Positions 15,697-17,331 of a DNA stretch of 17,331 nt are shown one piece after another. Made by a program: the position numbers and the translations under genes. How positions within the stretch are numbered: position 1 is the first letter of the stretch; each line of letters begins with the position of its first letter. Below the pieces are notes generated by a model. The model ran no database searches. It saw nothing but the letters and a program-made list of their open reading frames with translations, and was not told where the DNA came from. Source of the stretch: Promethearchaeota archaeon (lineage in GTDB: Archaea > Asgardarchaeota > Lokiarchaeia > Sigyniarchaeales > SOKP01); contig JAHLWH010000082.1 of the NCBI GenBank assembly GCA_019058015.1, positions 1-17,331 on the forward strand, given 5' to 3'.

Positions 15697-17019
15697 CTAG
15701 ATCAATATAAAGTCGATAAATCGAATTAAATAGAAAAGGATAAGAGAAATTATTATGAAACCAACAGATAAATAAATTGCCTTTTTTACCAGTATGGAAT
15801 ATGGAACGGGTTTTTCCTCATATAAACCTAATATTTTGAAAATTTGTACGATATCAATAAATCCAATAACATTCTCGGATTTTCTCTTTAACATGAAAGT
15901 TTTTGATTTATTAAAAAGTTCTAAGATCTCATCTCTCGTCATTTGGGGTTTTGCCTCCTTTATTAAGGCAATTATTCCTGCACAAATTGTTGCTGAAATT
16001 GAAGTTCCTGATATCTCATAAGTATCAATTCCTTTAACTGGAACCGTAATCTTAGAACCAGGAAAACATACTTCCGGTTTATAATTATTCACATCAATTA
16101 AATCCTTTCCACTGAAATAAGTGATGTTCCCTTCTTTAGATATTGCACCTACAGTTATTGCACTCTTTGAGGCTCCAGGACTCCCTATAGTATTTGATTC
16201 AGGTCCAAAATTACCTCCAGAGGCAACGATAATGATGTTCAATTTATTAAATAAAATATCACAAGATTTGGATAAAATATCATTTCCATTAGATGATGGA
16301 TTTAAAGTGGAACTGCATATTAGAAGGATATCGAATTTGATATTATTTTCCAAGATATGATCAAATACTTCTAAAAAATCAGAGAAATAAGCAACTCCCG
16401 CATTGTTAAATATTTTAAAATCAATTATTTTGACATCGGGGCATAATCCAATAAATCCTTCACCAAATTCACTTGATTTATTCTTTAAAATGTGTGTTAA
16501 TAACGTTGCATGGAAATTTTCATCGGATGGTTCTTCATTAGTGAAATTAATTTGATCAATTGAAGAATAATCAAGCGATTCGAAATTTTTACCTATTCCT
16601 GAATCTAAATGTGCAATTGAAACATTTTTCCCGGTAAAAGGGAGCAAGGAATTTTTAAATCTCTTAATATTTAATAATTCAGAGACTTTATTCATTGATT
16701 GATAAAGTCGTTGATTTTCTTCTATACATTCTATAAGATCATCTTCCGATAAATCAAAAATCGTTTTCGGGTCAATTTCCATTAACAATGAGGGGACTAT
16801 TTCAAAAGTTGATATAATTTCCAGATTTTTATGATTCTTAATGAATTTTTTTCGATCAGAATCATTTTTAAAGGAGATTATTGTTTTAATTTTAGATTCT
16901 TTAGCTAATATTAACTGATCTAATGTACTTTTCTCAATTCTTTCTTCGATTTCCTTAGAAATTACTGGTTTTAGTTTTATTTTTTCAAGAAAAGAAGGAT
17001 GTATTTTATCAACATTCAT
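15697..17019 (-). CDS. S8 subtilisin-family serine protease with I9-like propeptide and C-terminal TM helix
   Basis: Triad: 'AHLDSGI' (Asp), 'NFHATL' (His), 'SGTSISA' (Ser); oxyanion 'GGNFGP'; 'SPGAS..AITVGA'; hydrophobic C-terminus. Confidence 0.88.
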   Translation of the reverse strand: MNVDKIHPSFLEKIKLKPVISKEIEERIEKSTLDQLILAKESKIKTIISFKNDSDRKKFIKNHKNLEIISTFEIVPSLLMEIDPKTIFDLSEDDLIECIEENQRLYQSMNKVSELLNIKRFKNSLLPFTGKNVSIAHLDSGIGKNFESLDYSSIDQINFTNEEPSDENFHATLLTHILKNKSSEFGEGFIGLCPDVKIIDFKIFNNAGVAYFSDFLEVFDHILENNIKFDILLICSSTLNPSSNGNDILSKSCDILFNKLNIIIVASGGNFGPESNTIGSPGASKSAITVGAISKEGNITYFSGKDLIDVNNYKPEVCFPGSKITVPVKGIDTYEISGTSISATICAGIIALIKEAKPQMTRDEILELFNKSKTFMLKRKSENVIGFIDIVQIFKILGLYEEKPVPYSILVKKAIYLSVGFIIISLILFYLIRFIDFILI

Positions 17020-17039
17020 TTTTAAACATACAGAAGGTC

Positions 17040-17330
17040 TTAAATTTTAAATTTGAGTTCTTTTATAACTTCTTCAACAGTATAATTATGATGCACTAAT
17101 AGAGAGATTGCGTTTACCATTTTGGTTGGATCCTCTGCTTGAAATACATTTCTACCCATTGCTACTCCAGATCCTCCAGCCTGAATGGATTCATATATCA
17201 TATAAAAAACGTCTATTTCTGTATTCATTTTTGGACCTCCTGCAATAATCACTGGAACCGGGCAACCTTTAACAATTTCATGAAAAGAATCAACATCCCC
17301 AGTATAATTTGTTTTCACAATATCCGCACC
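17040..17330 (-). CDS. Class I (DhnA-type) aldolase, C-terminal part (FBP aldolase or ADH synthase); truncated by window end
   Basis: 'GADIVKTNYTGD' (Schiff-base Lys), 'PVPVIIAGGPK', 'GVAMGRNVFQ'. Confidence 0.9.
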   Translation of the reverse strand, partial: GADIVKTNYTGDVDSFHEIVKGCPVPVIIAGGPKMNTEIDVFYMIYESIQAGGSGVAMGRNVFQAEDPTKMVNAISLLVHHNYTVEEVIKELKFKI

Positions 17331-17331
17331 G

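Noticed and set aside
106-16360. Short overlapping ORFs in the track (106-294, 1254-1625, 1725-1955, 2865-3047, 5530-5916, 6900-7202, 8127-8372, 9769-9957, 10839-11024, 11543-11770, 15061-15264, 15794-16021, 16121-16360)
   Set aside because: Antisense or alternate-frame shadows of well-supported genes, with no recognisable motifs.
1-17331. CRISPR arrays, tRNA/rRNA, transposases or integrases
   Set aside because: No regularly spaced repeats, GC-rich structured intergenic segments or mobile-element motifs were seen by eye.

Overview
AT-rich, gene-dense archaeal chromosomal window, most likely Asgard (Lokiarchaeia-like). That assignment is inferred from a longin-like/Arf-like GTPase gene, a short XPF and archaeal TATA, SD and poly-T signals. 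Left half: two MFS transporters, a 4-TM hypothetical protein, a flavin reductase and a beta-oxidation cluster (enoyl-CoA hydratase, three tandem 3-hydroxyacyl-CoA dehydrogenase paralogues, and an MFE-2-like SDR). Middle: a longin-like + small GTPase + helical gene broken by a frameshift and an in-frame TAA. Right half (minus strand): XPF/ERCC4 nuclease; two overlapping membrane left-handed beta-helix genes that together give three TM+LbH repeats resembling the C1-C2-C3 module of epsilon-poly-lysine synthetase, without adenylation or thiolation domains; an orphan, apparently catalytically dead group-4 [NiFe]-hydrogenase/NuoCD-like subunit; a tail-anchored subtilase; and a partial class I aldolase. 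Three genes appear to start at AUA, AUU or AUC. No RNA genes, CRISPR arrays or mobile elements were seen.
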